Part shown: piece by piece, positions 1-13,740 of the stretch
Layout: every line of letters starts with the position of its first letter
Position numbering within the stretch: position 1 is the stretch's first letter
NCBI GenBank assembly: GCA_002633005.1
Contig: NMRA01001070.1
Coordinates: 1-44,686 of the forward strand
Source: Phoronis australis
Taxonomy: Eukaryota; Animalia; Phoronida
Length of the DNA stretch: 44,686 bases
Direction of reading: 5' to 3'
The notes under the pieces: generated by a model
The model's database searches: none
The model's input: the letters and a program-made list of their open reading frames with translations, nothing else
What the model was told of the DNA's origin: nothing
Translations under genes and position numbers: made by a program

Positions 1-76
1 TGTATCATGGCTTGAATAGTATACAGAACTCAATCAGTATCATCTCTGTTCAACCATGTGTATCATGGCTTGAATA
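1..76. repeat. End of a ~58-bp-period direct repeat
   Basis: tgtatcatggcttgaata at 1 and at 59; may continue left of the window. Confidence 0.5.
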
Positions 77-835
77 TTATTCGCTTAGTTTCATACCTAT
101 GTAATCATGAATTATCGGCTTTTTAATTTGCCTGATAACTAGTTGCGACTGATTATGAACATACAAGTGAATCAATTGAGATATTGACAATATCACGATT
201 CTGTGCCTGGCACTATAATAACACCTACTTTCTCTACCTGGCATTATACTGCTGGCCATTGATCAAATATTTACAACAATGTCCAACATAATTTAGTCAC
301 AGCACAAATTACACATTTTCCATCAACAATGAGTTGGTGAATAGTGGCCTAGCTGACACTGACCAGGCAAGCGATTCTATGGGAGAGTCATTAGCTTAGT
401 CACCAATACGTCATTACTTGGGTAGAAAAACCAGGCCAAGTGGTAAATCATCACCACACGCCGAGACGCATTTTTTAAAAAATTATCCGCATGCGATCAG
501 TTAACTTCGTTACCACTGAACAAGACTATACTCAAGAGCTTTCATTGTCAAAAGCCATATGGTTTAACAATAATTAGCTGGCTAGTCAGCAATCATTCCT
601 GCTACTCAATGTCCACTCTCTAATTCAACTCCCACCGGTTGGACAAATCATTGTGACCTGTGCAGTACTGACAATATCAACCTTCTCTGCCACACATAAT
701 GCTCCAAGGCAACAAAAATATTTTACAATCTCTGTCCTATGCAATGTGTGGTCGAAAAACTTGGTTTAAATTTGGCATTTAAAGTGGTGAAAAATTTTGT
801 CAGACAAAATGAAAATAAGTAACGACAATATTTAC

Positions 836-998
836 CATTTCTGCCTGTTTTGAGTGAACAAAGTTATTGACGTAGAGAAGATTGGTCCACCAGTACTTTG
901 GGCAATTAACATCGGCAGGAAGCCATATTGGTCCACTGTTTGTGTATGTCAAGAGAGTGCTGTACACCATCAGTATCAACATGTATGGTGGGGTCAGT
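836..998 (-). CDS. NRF-6-like exon 9
   Basis: ttacag acceptor, GTAAAT donor; LTPPYMLILMVY...CPKYWWTNLLYVNNF. Confidence 0.93.
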
Positions 999-3900
999 CT
1001 GTAACGGCAATTACAATGACCAGTGCATCAACATCACTTGCATGAAACATTAGAGTGCAATATTATGTGTGAGTGGCGACACCTCTCAGGTGACACAGCT
1101 GCAAGGAGAGACATGAACAACTGATGAACAATGAAAGTAAAGCATGATACTTTAATTGTCTGATACTCAATACCATGTCTAACATTAAGGATGAAGATAA
1201 GCTTGATAAATTTACCCTCAAGATCAACTTAGTCAGATAAAACATGCTGGCATGCTACAGCACAAACTTGAAAATCACACGTCAAAACTTTTAGGTACGG
1301 ATAGTTTGCACACCCTGGACAATTTTAAGGAAATACTAAGAACCTTTACCTGTACATCTTTCACAAGGTAGTGTGAAGGTGGTGAGTGTTCAATCAGCTA
1401 AATGAGAGAACACAACGCGCTTACAGTCACAATGCTCCACAGTAAAAAATCTCAAAACTCTATCTTTGCTTCTGACTTTAGAAACTTGAAGCAAAACTGG
1501 TTAAAAACACTTTAAAAAGATGTAGCCATCCACAAGGCATTTAGCAAGCCTGTGCTTTTTTCAAAGCTTACAGGTATTTACCTCTTGGCAACTGGTAAAT
1601 TTGAACTCAACAGTGTTTGACAAATAATTCCCCTGGGCCAAAATTCAAAAACAAGACATTAAACAGTACCCACAACAAAGCTCGTAGAAACAAGACATGC
1701 AGTGACCCCTATTGCACCACACACCTGATGTATCGGTGAACATAATACATGACCCAGTGTCGCACCATGCTGTTACAACCGTTCTTCTTCTCCATTTCTC
1801 TCAGAACCAAGTAGCCCACTAATAGCCCACTACAACCAATGGGGAAACAGGTCAGGTTGGACAATTATTATAAACAGAGACTACTGTCAGTAGTTTAAAA
1901 CAAACAGCAATAATGCGTCCACATATAAATATGTGGGCGCATAAAAAGGAAATCAGAGGCTAATTTGATGAAAATCCACAGAATACCAAACAATGGAAGC
2001 ATGTCTATGCTTCTGAAACAGTGGGAAAATTGAACAGTTCAACATAATGCCTAAAATATGACTTTCAATCATCAACGAAAGTCAAGTCAGAAGGTGAAAG
2101 ATTCCACTTTGGAAAGCCTTAGTGCTCAAGCTTCATTGCTATCACATTTCAACGGCTGCACACAACACACGGACCCGCAAACTTTGAAATAGTGAGTCAT
2201 CCAGTTCAACCAATAGTTGAACTTTATGTGATCTAATGATACACAATGTGCAGGAGTGCTGGTACGACATATTTTAAAAATACCAAAACACAGGGTTCCA
2301 CCCGGAGGCTATTGATTTTAAAGATGACACCCGAAGGCACTTTACGACCAAGTTGTGGACCTCTCAGATCAAGATGACAATTTTTGGTACCGGCTTTATT
2401 TAGGAAACACTCAGACATCAACAAAACAACATTTTATTCATCTTTCCCTTTTCACTCACCTGAGAAGAAAAAATGTATCCACACTGACAGTGGCATTGGT
2501 GATGGCCTGGAATGTCCACCATTTTATGTAAACACCAAGATCACCCATGTTTCCTGAGCATAAGATAAAGATAGTGCAAGAAGAGGACAACGATACCTAT
2601 AGAAAAATTTGAAAATGGCGATGCAAACTTATCCATTTTTTAAGGAGCTTTCTGAATATCAGTAGACTTGTTCGAAAAATGTCCATTTCCAATTCAGCAA
2701 ACTTAAGCATCGCTAAGTCCTTTCTCACAAACATTTCACAGAAAGCTATGAAAAACTACCTTCATGGCGGAATTTTTCCGTTCAGTGACTTTACCAGGCA
2801 TAGATGGTTGTGAGCATGTGATAACATCTAGCTTCTTTGTTAAATGCCAAGCACAGCCTTTTGTCTGTTAGGACAACAGGCAGGCCAATTATCTACCAGG
2901 CTTATTACAGACCACCTGTGAACACAGTCAAACCCAGAGGGAATTCATGGTACATTCGGAAAGAATAGATTGTCATAACTTCAGTTGTAGTTGGGCAATT
3001 TTGGCAATTCAAAAACTAAACATAATCACCATTTGGCAAGGATTTCAGATATAGTATTGATTTATGTTCAAATATGTTATAACTTAACTTTTTTTTTAGC
3101 AGCACAACCCAGTCAGAATAGATATGATCTTACTAACTAGAGATTAGAGCAATTATCGGACAAAAGAGAGCCAGCCCGCCAACCATAAATGCCAGAATGG
3201 AGTTAATCAGTCGTGTAAGATTGGCTACAGGGGCAAACTTCCCAACTTGTTGTTGGGCTATAGAATCGAACAAGTTGGGAGCAACAGGATAACGCTGTAA
3301 GGAGTCAAAAGGCAGCAAAGATTGGAGTCCAGATATTTGGGAATGGCAAGGGGATGTCTGCTACCACGTTACAAAGATCACAGAAGTGTAGTTTGTTGCA
3401 CCTTGAAACATGAAATCAATTATCACATTGACTAAGCGTGTGACACTGGACTAAAAACTTTCCTGATCAAGAATGCATTCGTTTAAACTTTTAGTAGGAA
3501 TAAAGCGATTCAATTGAGATAGGTGAACATTGGTCAAGGTGGCCAGCTGACGATGTCATTAAAAATCATCTATACATGCCACCAGGGTTCTTGTTTTGTA
3601 ATGAGCAATATAATTATGTACATGATACAGAATTTTGTCAAAACAACATAAACAAAGCCCTTCCATTATAGGGAAATGTCAAAACCGACTTTCATAACAT
3701 TACTTTGACTGTGTTTCTTCAAACTTCTCAACTGAAGTTTAAAGGTACGCAAAAAACACCACACTGGAAACCAGTCACTATGAAATGTCTCACTCCTTTC
3801 GATGAATAATGTCAATCAAGAATGCACTGATTATGTGTATTTATCATCTAATAACATTGCAGTGTAATGGTGAAAAAATCTGTGTTGTGTCACGGATACA

Positions 3901-6900
3901 AACTTTTGATCTTTGCCACCTAATACATCTGCAAAATCAGCTAATTGTCTCATACTGAGATGACGCATGGCTGCTACGCCTGGAAAGAGATGGCAGCTCA
4001 ACAGACATAATAACCCGCAGTGAAAAACAGTAAGACACTGTAAGTTCTTTCCAACACTACGTAACAACTCCATTAATATTTTCAACATCTTCAAATTTTA
4101 GAGCAGAGTTAAAAACAACCACAACAGTAAGGACTCACTACTTACCTATAATATTTACAAATGTGAACGGAGAAATTGCCAAAGTATGTCCCAAGATTAC
4201 CCAGGTCATGCTTATAAATCGTATTCCATTGACACATTGCAGAGCGCCCTCTGTCTGATGGGTACCAAGCAACTTGCTTCCATTGGTATACACAGAAAAG
4301 GAGAGCAGCAATTTACCAAGGACACCTACAGGCAAGCAAATGAACTACAAGTATAACAAAAGAAGAAATCTGTCAAATATTACAGTAGACAGAGGTGATG
4401 GTAGTTCATGGCCTGTTTTGTACAACAGAAAGCAAACACATGTAACTTTATTAAGTCCTGCTAACTAGCTACAAAAGAAAACTTCACTTCATTGAGCAGT
4501 TAAAGCTAATCATCAAGAACACCTTACCAAGGACACCTACAGGCAAACAAAGGAACTACAAATACAACAAATGAAGAAATCTGTCAACAAATGAACCATC
4601 AAACTTTCATGCAATCTAATATACATGTAGTAGACAAAGACGATGGTGGTTCTTCACTTGTTTTGTACAAAACACATGCATATTAAATGCATGGAACTTT
4701 AATTAGTCCTCTGGTGACAAAGGAGAACATAAAAACTCCATGTCATAGAGAGGTGAAAGCTAATCATAAGGAGAACAGATTATTTTAGCACACATTATTT
4801 TGGTATGGCATATATGAAAATTACAAAATAATGATGGTGGACCTCAGTCACCGATAAGGGACAGAACGTTCCATCGGGAGCATAACTTTTCATTACCTAT
4901 CGGTGGTTGACGGACTTCATGGCTGAGTAACCCAGTTCTAGGCCCCTCGTCTTGAATGCTGGGACACTTTCTAAATTTTCTTAGCACTTCATACAGTGTT
5001 CCCAGAGTCGCCAGGAAAGCAAGTATGCTGACAATGACACTGTAAAGCACCAACAAGTTAGTGTGCACATAAGATGGATATTACTTGTAGTCAAGTTACA
5101 AAAACTATGATCACAGTTGTCTCCACAAACTATGCAACTTTTCAAGCAAAATGTAATTAGTTTAACCTATCTCTTGGGCAGTTTTGTGTGCACTGTATTG
5201 GACAATTAATGTGGACTGGATTCACCTTGTGTTATAAATTTCCAGGAAACAAACCTAAATATGCTCAGGGAGACCCCAAGCAGGGGGAGCACAATGGCTG
5301 GGATACCAGAAAAGTCTGGTTTGGGGGGGGGGAGGCATAGTGACCGGATTTATTGAAAATTTGAGGATATTTACATCTGATCAAAATTGTAAGAAAATTC
5401 GACTTGTGTTTATAACAGTAGCTACAACTGGTCATGTTATGAATATAAATTTTACGCGGCCCTGCAATCAATGGCAGACTGGTAGATAGAGAACCATCTT
5501 TCAAAAAATGAACGTTTTAACTGACAGCTAAATTTTTTCTCAGAAACTTGACTAAACATACAGACAACTTGAACAAGTCCTGCATAACACCAGAAAGATT
5601 CAAAAATGTACAAAATAATGATAACACGCCAACATTTTCCATGAGGAGAAGACATGCAAAACAATTCAGGGTGTCCACATGGAGGCAATTTGAATTTTTC
5701 TTCTAAAACAGCCCCCACTGCACTCTTTGTTGGTGGTCGCTTGCTGGTAAAACAATACTTACACAGCGACAGTCGCCTTATCATCCAATCTCTTTTCCGT
5801 TGGTTGACACCAGGGGTAAACAGCAGATGCGTTGATCCCAACCTGAGGGAGGAATGTAGCGAGAATCTCTGCTCCTGGAAAGAGGAAATGAGGTCATTTG
5901 ACTATAGCTGAATACATCAGACTACTAATATACATGTAGCCGCCCTGACATTTTGCATAGATGTGTGGATAAATGTTTTGGGTTGACTTAATTTGTCAAG
6001 GTATCGTCAGTCATTACTACTTTCTTAGAAGAATACCCACAGGTACGTTACATGCATTGTCCGCTGTACATGTCCGTGTAAACAGGCTAAAGGGCGGTGT
6101 ATGCACCAGGTAATGTAAATTAATAGATGATGATCACTGTCTATTTGTGGCAAACTACATATACACTGACATGGCTGAACACTAGACTGATTATCTTAAG
6201 ACATACGTGTTTACTTACTTACCCTGTCTTAAAAGGAAATAGGCATCATAGTCAGAGCAGACATCAGGAATACAAATACCTTCCCATATGGATGAGATGA
6301 TCTGTTGACAAACAAATAACTTAAAAGCATTTTTCATGAGTCAAGTGTATAACTTACAAGACTGGGTTCAAAATTAGGGCAATGCTATTTAATAACATTG
6401 AAACTGAACAAGGATTTTTGGTGATTAATAATATACTACACAATTTCAACTAGAAAATTGCTAAAATTGGTATGCAAATTTCACAAATATGCATAAATAC
6501 TATGAATTCTGTGGATTTCCGGGCCAGCCAAGGGTGAATATCATTAAAAATGTCTGGCAAAATGAGGTAAAAACCTGTATATAGCCAGAGACTTGTGTAA
6601 TGGTCACCCCTGAAGTGATTGGATGATGAGGCTGCAATTACAGTAGTGAAATTACTACTTCTGTTCCACAAGTGGGGACATTTTGTTGTGTCTTGCCAGT
6701 GTTCTGCTTGTACAGAACGCAGCCCAAACTGTTGACATCGGCATAGACTAATTATCTTGACACTAGGAGTTCAATCAGATAACTGTGATGTCATTCAGTT
6801 TATATGAACTTAGCAATCAGACACAAGGAGTAAAATTCAAAGTACACAGCATACAGATAAATAAAGGTACTGAAGTAGTGAATACAGACACGTAGTCTTC

Positions 6901-9900
6901 AACAGGTGACAATTGAGTATAATGTCAAAAATATGGCATTTATGATAATCACTTGTTCAGTACTTGGACCTTCGATGACAGCTTGAAAAAAATAATTCCT
7001 AACTTGAATTCCCGTCACCAAAATACTGTTATGTGAAGCCATTGCAATTAGCAGGAAGTGATAATACCAAAGTTCAAGTTCGAAAAAATCATAATTGAAT
7101 TTGAAATTGTTTTACTTTTCCTGCACTGCTTTTGTGCTTGCTTGTTTTAAAATAGTAACATCAGTAGCCATGGTTAAGTTTGTGAAAGACGTACGCAGCA
7201 TCGCTAACTCAAGCACTAAGAAACTCCCAGTATTTGACTTAATTTTTTTCTGTATTTTGTTACCTTAACTGGATGCCTCAAAACTTCCATGCTTTTATCG
7301 TAAGTATAAACAATGTCTACTTAAAGAATTGTGCCTCAAGACCATAAACTTGACAAAGCATAAGCGCAGTGTTTCTCCTTTATGTCCCCACTACTGGTAA
7401 AGCTTACCCAAATTGACTGCCATACACCTAACCCCAACGTAAGGAAACTTCACTACTATAAAAATTGCAAGTAAAATTGAACATACAGTACATAAGTTAC
7501 ATGGCTACCGTCAATGTTAGGGAATGGATCGGGAAAAACAATAATTTAAATCAAATCTTTTTAACTTTTCCCCTTGTTAAACATAATGAATCATTTTATT
7601 CCTTTCCTTCCTTGCGTTCGTTAAGTGACCTGACTGACATTTGGTAACGGATGGTTATCTGACAATGAACAACAATTCAACAGTCATGGATCAGGCAATG
7701 ACCTTGATCTTAAAGGAACCTTGATATTAGTTTTCTAAAATGGCGAATACGATAATAACGGAAGTTAATTAAGTCGAGAGAGGTTCAAATATTTTTGTTG
7801 TGAGTGCGTGCCTACAACCAAATTCAATTTTAACACGTTGTCTGCAGCCCTTCGCTGGAGTGTCCGCAATTAAAATATGTTACACTGATACAAAACTCAT
7901 CGAGTTCACACAAAGACACTTCAGTGCAGGGTCAGATGGGATCCACATCCGCTGCCCTCATTTACCATAATTACGCTTCTTTCGATGCGCAGGCAATGGG
8001 GGGATACCACTTCCCATACTAGAGTGTGGCAACATACTAAGCATCCCACTGGGACCATTCACCACCACATTCCTTTCAAATGCAGGGGTAACACTTGATA
8101 GTGTAACTCAAAAACTTCACCCACTTGAAAAAACAAGTCCTTTCAAACACGAACATGTACAATAACTAAGAAGAATGTCCAGGAGTTTCCTATTTGCTGT
8201 TTCAGTGTATTGCTTTGAACCAGTGTATACATACTCTGCCCTGCTTAATAAACTCCTGTCTTGAGTGTGTATTTTAACTGATCTTTTGGCCTCAAAAAGA
8301 CTAACTTCTCACTATAGTTGCAAACCAGGCTTATCTTCAGTAGTGCATCATGAGACATGTGATTTTTGAGGCTCCAAACTTTCAACAGGTGTTTGAAGTT
8401 GATATTATCTAGGAGTATTGTGTGTTTTCAAGGTTTGAAATCTTAAAATTGCAATGTCCAAAATCAATGAGTTGACATAAAGGAATTTAAATTTTCAGAA
8501 TGAAGTTTGCTTTCATTTGCACTACCAACACTAAAATATTACGTGGCTCCCCGCAATTTGAATTTAATCTAGCATAGAATTTTTTATAGCAAATGAAACA
8601 TTTAGGAACAAATATAAATACATGCAGACAATAAAATTTTAAAAAATAAAAATCTTATACAGACGCAAGCAATAAAATTTAATAGCATTTTACTATTTTT
8701 ATTGGTAGTTGGGTGAAGGCCGAATTCATTTGGACCACACCAAAAGGCTCACCTGTAGAGAAAGGTGCCTGTACCTCATAAGAGGGGAGATTTTTTGTTC
8801 AGGGAAATCCCCCATCTCCAACATTCTTCAACAATTAATGCCCCATGAGGGGAATATCCTTAATCATTGGAAGGGATATTTAGTGCTTGATGGTAAGAAT
8901 TTTGCATGACTTTTAAAATACTTTTCATGTTGGAGGAATGAAGCTGATAATCTGTATCAAAATCCAGGCATTGAGGGCCCTACCTCTACAAATTTTCAGA
9001 GACATTGCCTGAATTGAGGTCTAGATCTTCGCTAGGAGGCTTAATGAGTTCCATCCTGTAGTTAAAAAGCTGCCACCATGTAGAATAATAAGAATAAACT
9101 AGGTTTATTGGGAACACTGAAACTACGTCGATCTACAATCGTAAGATGGTCGTCCGTGTGTCCACGTAATAACAAAGTCACTTATACTACACTACCCGTA
9201 CAAATTAAGCTTGAGAGTAGTGGTTATTACCTTACCTTTATTTTGGAGTGGATTGGTATATAGGCCAGGCAATATTTGCCATGAAATGTCTCCTCAATAA
9301 GTCCGGATACTGGAGTCGATATAGTTTCTCTGCACTCAGTGTAGGAGCCGAGCCATGTGACACGACCATCACGAAATATAGAGCTGGCTGGCTTGCCAAA
9401 TGCATCAATAACTGAAAATGAGAAAAGTCCCAAAAACATGCATATCAGAACAATGCTATTTTTGAAATGGAAACCCTGAGGCTTATCAAATCCAGCTGGG
9501 ACACCTTAAAATATATTGTCTTTTGATCGCAACATTAAGCAACTCCTACACTAAATTTGGGGTTTTGTTACCCCAACACCTAAAGATAGCTTATAACAGG
9601 AATGTAGCAAACCTATCCTGATCAACTTGCAAACTAACGTTTGCTGAAGAAATCCTATTCTCTAATTTCTCTTATAATGCATCGACTTAAAAATTCACAG
9701 TTAAATACCATTTACTTTTCAAATTTTAAAAACTGTCACGTTGTTCGTTTACCTCACTTATTCTTGTTTTTTTACTGTGACACACGTACGCTAAAGAGGC
9801 GTGTTGGTTTACAACCACAATTATCTCATGCACTAGACATTTAGCCAACCCCATGGATAGCGTCTAGCTAACTTTAATCTGTGACGGCGCCATCGCGCCT

Positions 9901-10659
9901 TTGATTTTGCAAGGAATGCGCTGGATGCTCTAGGGTAAACAGTGCATGGTTTCTCATCCCCTTTCATAAAAATCCTGTTAGCGTAAGATTTGCCAAATGA
10001 AGGCAAGTACTTTTAAAACATTGTCGACAGACATACATGAAGACTGCAAGATCGTAATACATCATATTTGACATAATTATCATGTAAGGTGAAACGTCGT
10101 GCATACTGAATGATCTGTCCGAGGTACAGGTGTAGGCACACAAACCACAACTGAACCTTGGGAGGTAATTAGTGCTCCGAGACTTGCTCATTGCAACAAC
10201 AAATCAGCCAGGTACAGCAATACGGTACTTACACTTCAAGGCCCAAATCTGATTTGACAAGAGCCCACGGACAATGGATTGTGTTGCATTCCAACACCTT
10301 GGAGAGACTAAACCTGGTGCCTGACCCTTGGCCTGTGTGGCCTGTGAATAAGTTCGGACTCTTGTCAAAACTGCTTGCACGAATTCAGCCACACCATTTT
10401 TTGTGTGAAGATTGAGTTTCAGCAATCCATCTTCTGGCACAATATCATACAGTGAATGTTCATTCGTGAAGTTCGCTCGCAATCTTGAAAGATCATCCAA
10501 TACACGGCGGAAATCACCGGCTCCGACAGCACCAATGGTTGCAGCAAGGTGATCGGGAAGCGTTCGCTCATTAGCCGCATTATGACAGTTGGCAGTGTAA
10601 AATTGTGACGATATTAACAGAATGAACGCCAATGCACCGTTCCTAACAAATGGCTCCAT
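836..10659 (-). CDS. nrf-6: NRF-6-like / O-acyltransferase-like gene (signal peptide, NRF domain, acyltransferase-3 TM domain), 9 coding exons in window, 3'-partial
   Basis: Exons 10233-10659, 9236-9411, 6223-6301, 5763-5874, 4852-5039, 4146-4325, 2460-2553, 1725-1829 and 836-998 join through GT-AG sites with consistent phases (1,0,1,2,1,1,2,2,0). Motifs: WALKFIDAFGKP, WLGSYTEC, GKYCL, GICIPDVCS, CVNGIRFISMTWVILGH, SVDTFFLLSG, HRYIRLTP, WWTNLLYVNNF. The symbol is family-level; orthology is not shown. Confidence 0.93.
1725..1829 (-). CDS. NRF-6-like exon 8
   Basis: ttgtag acceptor, GTGTGT donor; GLLVGYLVLREMEKK...MYYVHRYIR. Confidence 0.92.
2460..2553 (-). CDS. NRF-6-like exon 7
   Basis: gctcag acceptor, GTGAGT donor; FQAITNATVSVDTFFLLS acyltransferase-3 motif. 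Confidence 0.93.
4146..4325 (-). CDS. NRF-6-like exon 6
   Basis: cctgtag acceptor, GTAAGT donor; LLLSFSVYTNGSKLL...LQCVNGIRFISMTWVILGHT. Confidence 0.93.
4313..4770. repeat. Diverged tandem duplication (~210-bp unit) including the exon-6 splice acceptor
   Basis: ttaccaaggacacctacaggcaa...gaactacaa...gaagaaatctgtcaa...aaagctaatcat starts at 4313 and again at 4524. Confidence 0.85.
4852..5039 (-). CDS. NRF-6-like exon 5 (first TM helix and loop)
   Basis: ttacag acceptor; VIVSILAFLATLGTLYE. Donor is GTGACT at 4851, or a same-phase alternative GTAATG at 4896, so the 3' end is uncertain. Confidence 0.8.
5763..5874 (-). CDS. NRF-6-like exon 4
   Basis: ctttccag acceptor, GTAAGT donor; AEILATFLPQVGINASAVYPWCQPTEKRLDDKATVAV; bridges phase 1 to phase 2 as required. 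Confidence 0.85.
6223..6301 (-). CDS. NRF-6-like exon 3
   Basis: caacag acceptor, GTAAGT donor; IISSIWEGICIPDVCSDYDAYFLLRQ (not in the ORF track). Confidence 0.88.
9236..9411 (-). CDS. NRF-6-like exon 2
   Basis: ttttcag acceptor, GTAAGG donor; IDAFGKPASSIFRDGRVTWLGSYTECRE...GKYCLAYIPIHSKIK. Confidence 0.92.
10233..10659 (-). CDS. NRF-6-like coding exon 1 (ATG, signal peptide, start of NRF domain)
   Basis: MEPFVRNGALAFILLISSQFYTANC...SPRCWNATQSIVRGLLSNQIWALK. Acceptor ttcacttcag just upstream (exon starts 10665), donor GTAAGT at 10232. Confidence 0.88.
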
Positions 10660-10875
10660 GCGCACCTGAAGTGAAGGCTAGATTAAGAGATCAGTGAGGA
10701 TTTGTCTGTGCATGCTTCAGTCTAATTTCACTGTCTGCTTGTGCCCTGATGTCCAATTCGCATCGGTAGCAGCAGTAGTGGCTGAGTGAGAGTGAGAGTG
10801 GCGTTCGACGTCGATACAGCTGAATCTGACATCTGTACGTACTTTGGAAAGACGTTGTATTTCTGAACTCCTTAC

Positions 10876-10960
10876 CTGGTCAGCAAAGCAAACTGAACGG
10901 CTCAGGTGGTGTCATTTTACTTTTTAATGTAAATATTGCGAAACAGTCACGAGGTGATAC
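10876..10960 (-). other. Probable non-coding 5' exon of the NRF-6-like gene (upstream limit unknown)
   Basis: Strong donor CAG|GTAAGG at 10876/10875 pairs with the acceptor at 10666, 6 nt before the ATG. Confidence 0.5.
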
Positions 10961-11859
10961 CGGGAGGTTATGCAAAAGATATCAGCTGCTTCGGGTCCAC
11001 ATGTTGTGCTTGAGCATGGAATTTTGATGTGTCTCAAGATCACGATTGCATCAATGAACATGGATTCCGTGAAAAACTCAGTTAGCAGGTGCACTAAAAA
11101 TAATCACGTTATCAGCAAAAAACTACAGTGCAATTTAACAAATCAGATGCTAGTAAAACAAGGTGTTGCCCAAACTTTACGCTTACATTTTTTCAGCTCA
11201 GTATTGGGTTATTATTCTCTGATCAACAATTCGCATATTCCGTTTTTAGATGCTACCCGAAATTAGGATAAAGGAGGCAAGGTAGGATGGTGGGGATAAT
11301 AATTAGAGAAATGTTTTTGCAATGAACAAAATTTTCATCTTATTTCTTTTATGAATACGAAAGTCTAGGTTAACGCCTCTGTGATCTAGAGATGCAGCCA
11401 AATTTCAAGTTCACGCAGAGCACAAGCACGTGACCTAGTGTCGCCTGCCGGCAGAACGGGACACTAGTCACAGGCCCGCGACGAATTTACAGTAGTTGCC
11501 ATATGACTCATAACTGTTTTATCGGTGATAATCGAGAAAGAGATAAACTCAAAGGTCCTGTGTTACAAGCTACCTAAGTCCGTGATGTATACCAAATATA
11601 AACGAAACTATACATTTTAACATATACATTTTCACAATGTAGAAAGCGTGAAGTAGGCCTACCACGAGTGGGTCGGTTGACCAAAACTGCCCTATGATTA
11701 AACGAGTTGCCAGGACTTCCAAACCGGCACAACGGGCCGGCGGGTGCTGCAACCAGTTCACAGGTTATCATCGAACACGACGTCCGCACTTCTTCAGTGA
11801 GTCGCTTTGAATGTCTCGAAGGATTCATTGATATCTAGTATTTATGTTTTGATGGTTTA

Positions 11860-12985
11860 TCGTATCCGTTTTTTGTTTTTGTCAATGATATATTTTACGC
11901 TATAAGTGGTCACTGTAAGTTATGTAATTATGCTGATGACAATACCCTATTGCAAGCAGGCTCCTCTTCAGCAGGTTGCCTCAGCCTCAAGGTAGCTGGG
12001 CAGATGGCAATGGATTGGTTCTCCTCTAATGGAATGGCTGTAAACCTTGGTAATGAATGAGTCAATCATCTTTTCTAGGAATCGTGTACATAATAATGAT
12101 AGGTATCTCATGTCTGGTGATACTATGATTGAGTGTGAAGAGTCCGATAAGCTGCTGGGTGTCCAACTTGACAGCCAGTTAAGATTCCACGAGCACGTTC
12201 ATGTTATTTGCAAAAAAGCTTCTAGACAGATGAATGCCTTGTTCCGTCTTCGAAATGTTTTAGGCATTAACAGTAATTAAGCTTAAGTTATATTATGCAT
12301 TTATAAGATCCTATTTTAATCACTGCTCCCCACTCATTTGGCACCTATGTGGAATACAGAAAAGTAGGAAAATGGAAAAGATACAACACCGTGCTTTAAA
12401 ATTTGTGTTCAATGACAGCGAGTCCAGCTACTCACAACTCTTAGTTAAGGCTAGGAGCTGCTCTCTAACTAGTTGGCGGATGAAATGTTTATCTATTGAA
12501 GTATTCAAAAATGTTCATATAATTGGACCCTGTCCGTCAGGAAAGCTTGGATTTAGAGAGTCTGGATACGGTCTCAGAGGTGAAAACTGTCTCTATGTGA
12601 AACGCTTTAATACGATGACTTACGGATGTAACTCAATCTCCCATAAAGGTACTTTGCTGTGGAACTCATTGCCATCAGTAATGAGACAATGTACTACCTT
12701 AAATGAATTTGCCACTCTTGCTCATGACTTTTCCTCTGAGATCTGCTCTTGTGAAAACTGCTATGGATGCCCATACACGCTCCGTAACATGTATGTGTAC
12801 TTTTGTATTTATATTTATGTTTTAGTTCTGTACATGTATATTCTCCGTACTGTAGAATTAGCTAGTACTTTAGTTCTGTTAATTTTGTAGATTTTAAATT
12901 TGTCGGATAATAGCACAGTGCGAACGTTTCATTGTTTAGGCTCACCGACTTTTAAATAATGATTACTACTACTACTACTACTACT
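11860..12985 (+). mobile_element. 5'-truncated, degenerate non-LTR retrotransposon (L2/Crack/CR1 group) ORF2 end with 3' tail
   Basis: VNDIFY...NYADDNTL (YADD at 11929-11940), KLLGVQLDSQLRF-HV--ICKKASRQMNALFRL, MEKIQHRALKFVF, LWNSLP; frameshifts; 3' gtcgg...ccgac stem then (ACT)n tail. Confidence 0.9.
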
Positions 12986-13045
12986 CTGCTGCTGCTACTG
13001 CTGCTGCTGCTGCTACTGCTGCTGCTGCTGCTGCTACTGCTACTA
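12963..13045. repeat. Compound microsatellite (ACT)n/(GCT)n
   Basis: Direct reading; extends the LINE tail. Confidence 0.95.
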
Positions 13046-13740
13046 CTTCTGTTCAAATTCGGCGATTTGATCGGCTATTGTGTTTGAGCACTGGCGAACC
13101 CGATGGTCCAGCCAGTTACGATCGTTGGTTTTGAAGTTCCAGCCAACCCGTGGAGGACCGACCACCATGTTCGAAAACCTGTCATTGGGTTTTGCTGACC
13201 AGCAAGCTCGTGGTTTTGAAGTCCAGCAAGTGGTTTTGAAGTCTGGCCAAATGTTGATTTCCCGTTGAAACTCTAGTCCTGGAATATCACCTCCGATCTC
13301 ACGGAGAGTTTGTTTGGATGCATTCATTCGTTCCGTTATGTGTACATGTACATGTATTTGTTAATGGAATTTAATGTTATTACATCTTGTCACAACTCAG
13401 ATGTTTTTCGACTGCTTTGCATAAGAGCTATATCATTATAAATTCCTTTGTCAGTTCTTGATCATTATATCAGAAGCAAATGAGTATTACCAAAATGCGA
13501 AAAATAACAGCGACTAATAGCAATAAAATTGGGAGTGAACCACGAGAGAGGTATCAATGGCTAGTAACGCTACGTGTATTCGGGAAATAATTTCAATGAT
13601 TCAAATGACTTCTACCATGTAAAGACAAAGGTTTTAAAAGATGAAGCCTTCACACTTGTTGTGGATAGTGGAGTCAGGCATTCGTCTAAAATTACAATCA
13701 TAATTGCGGCTTGGAACCTTGGTGCCGCTTGATACTATTA

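Noticed and set aside
3240-3280. 12-bp inverted repeat tcccaacttgtt/aacaagttggga
   Set aside because: Short isolated intronic hairpin with no supporting context.
13043-13327. 94-aa ORF with three tggttttgaagt repeats
   Set aside because: No recognisable domain or splice structure; irregular spacing, not a CRISPR-like array.
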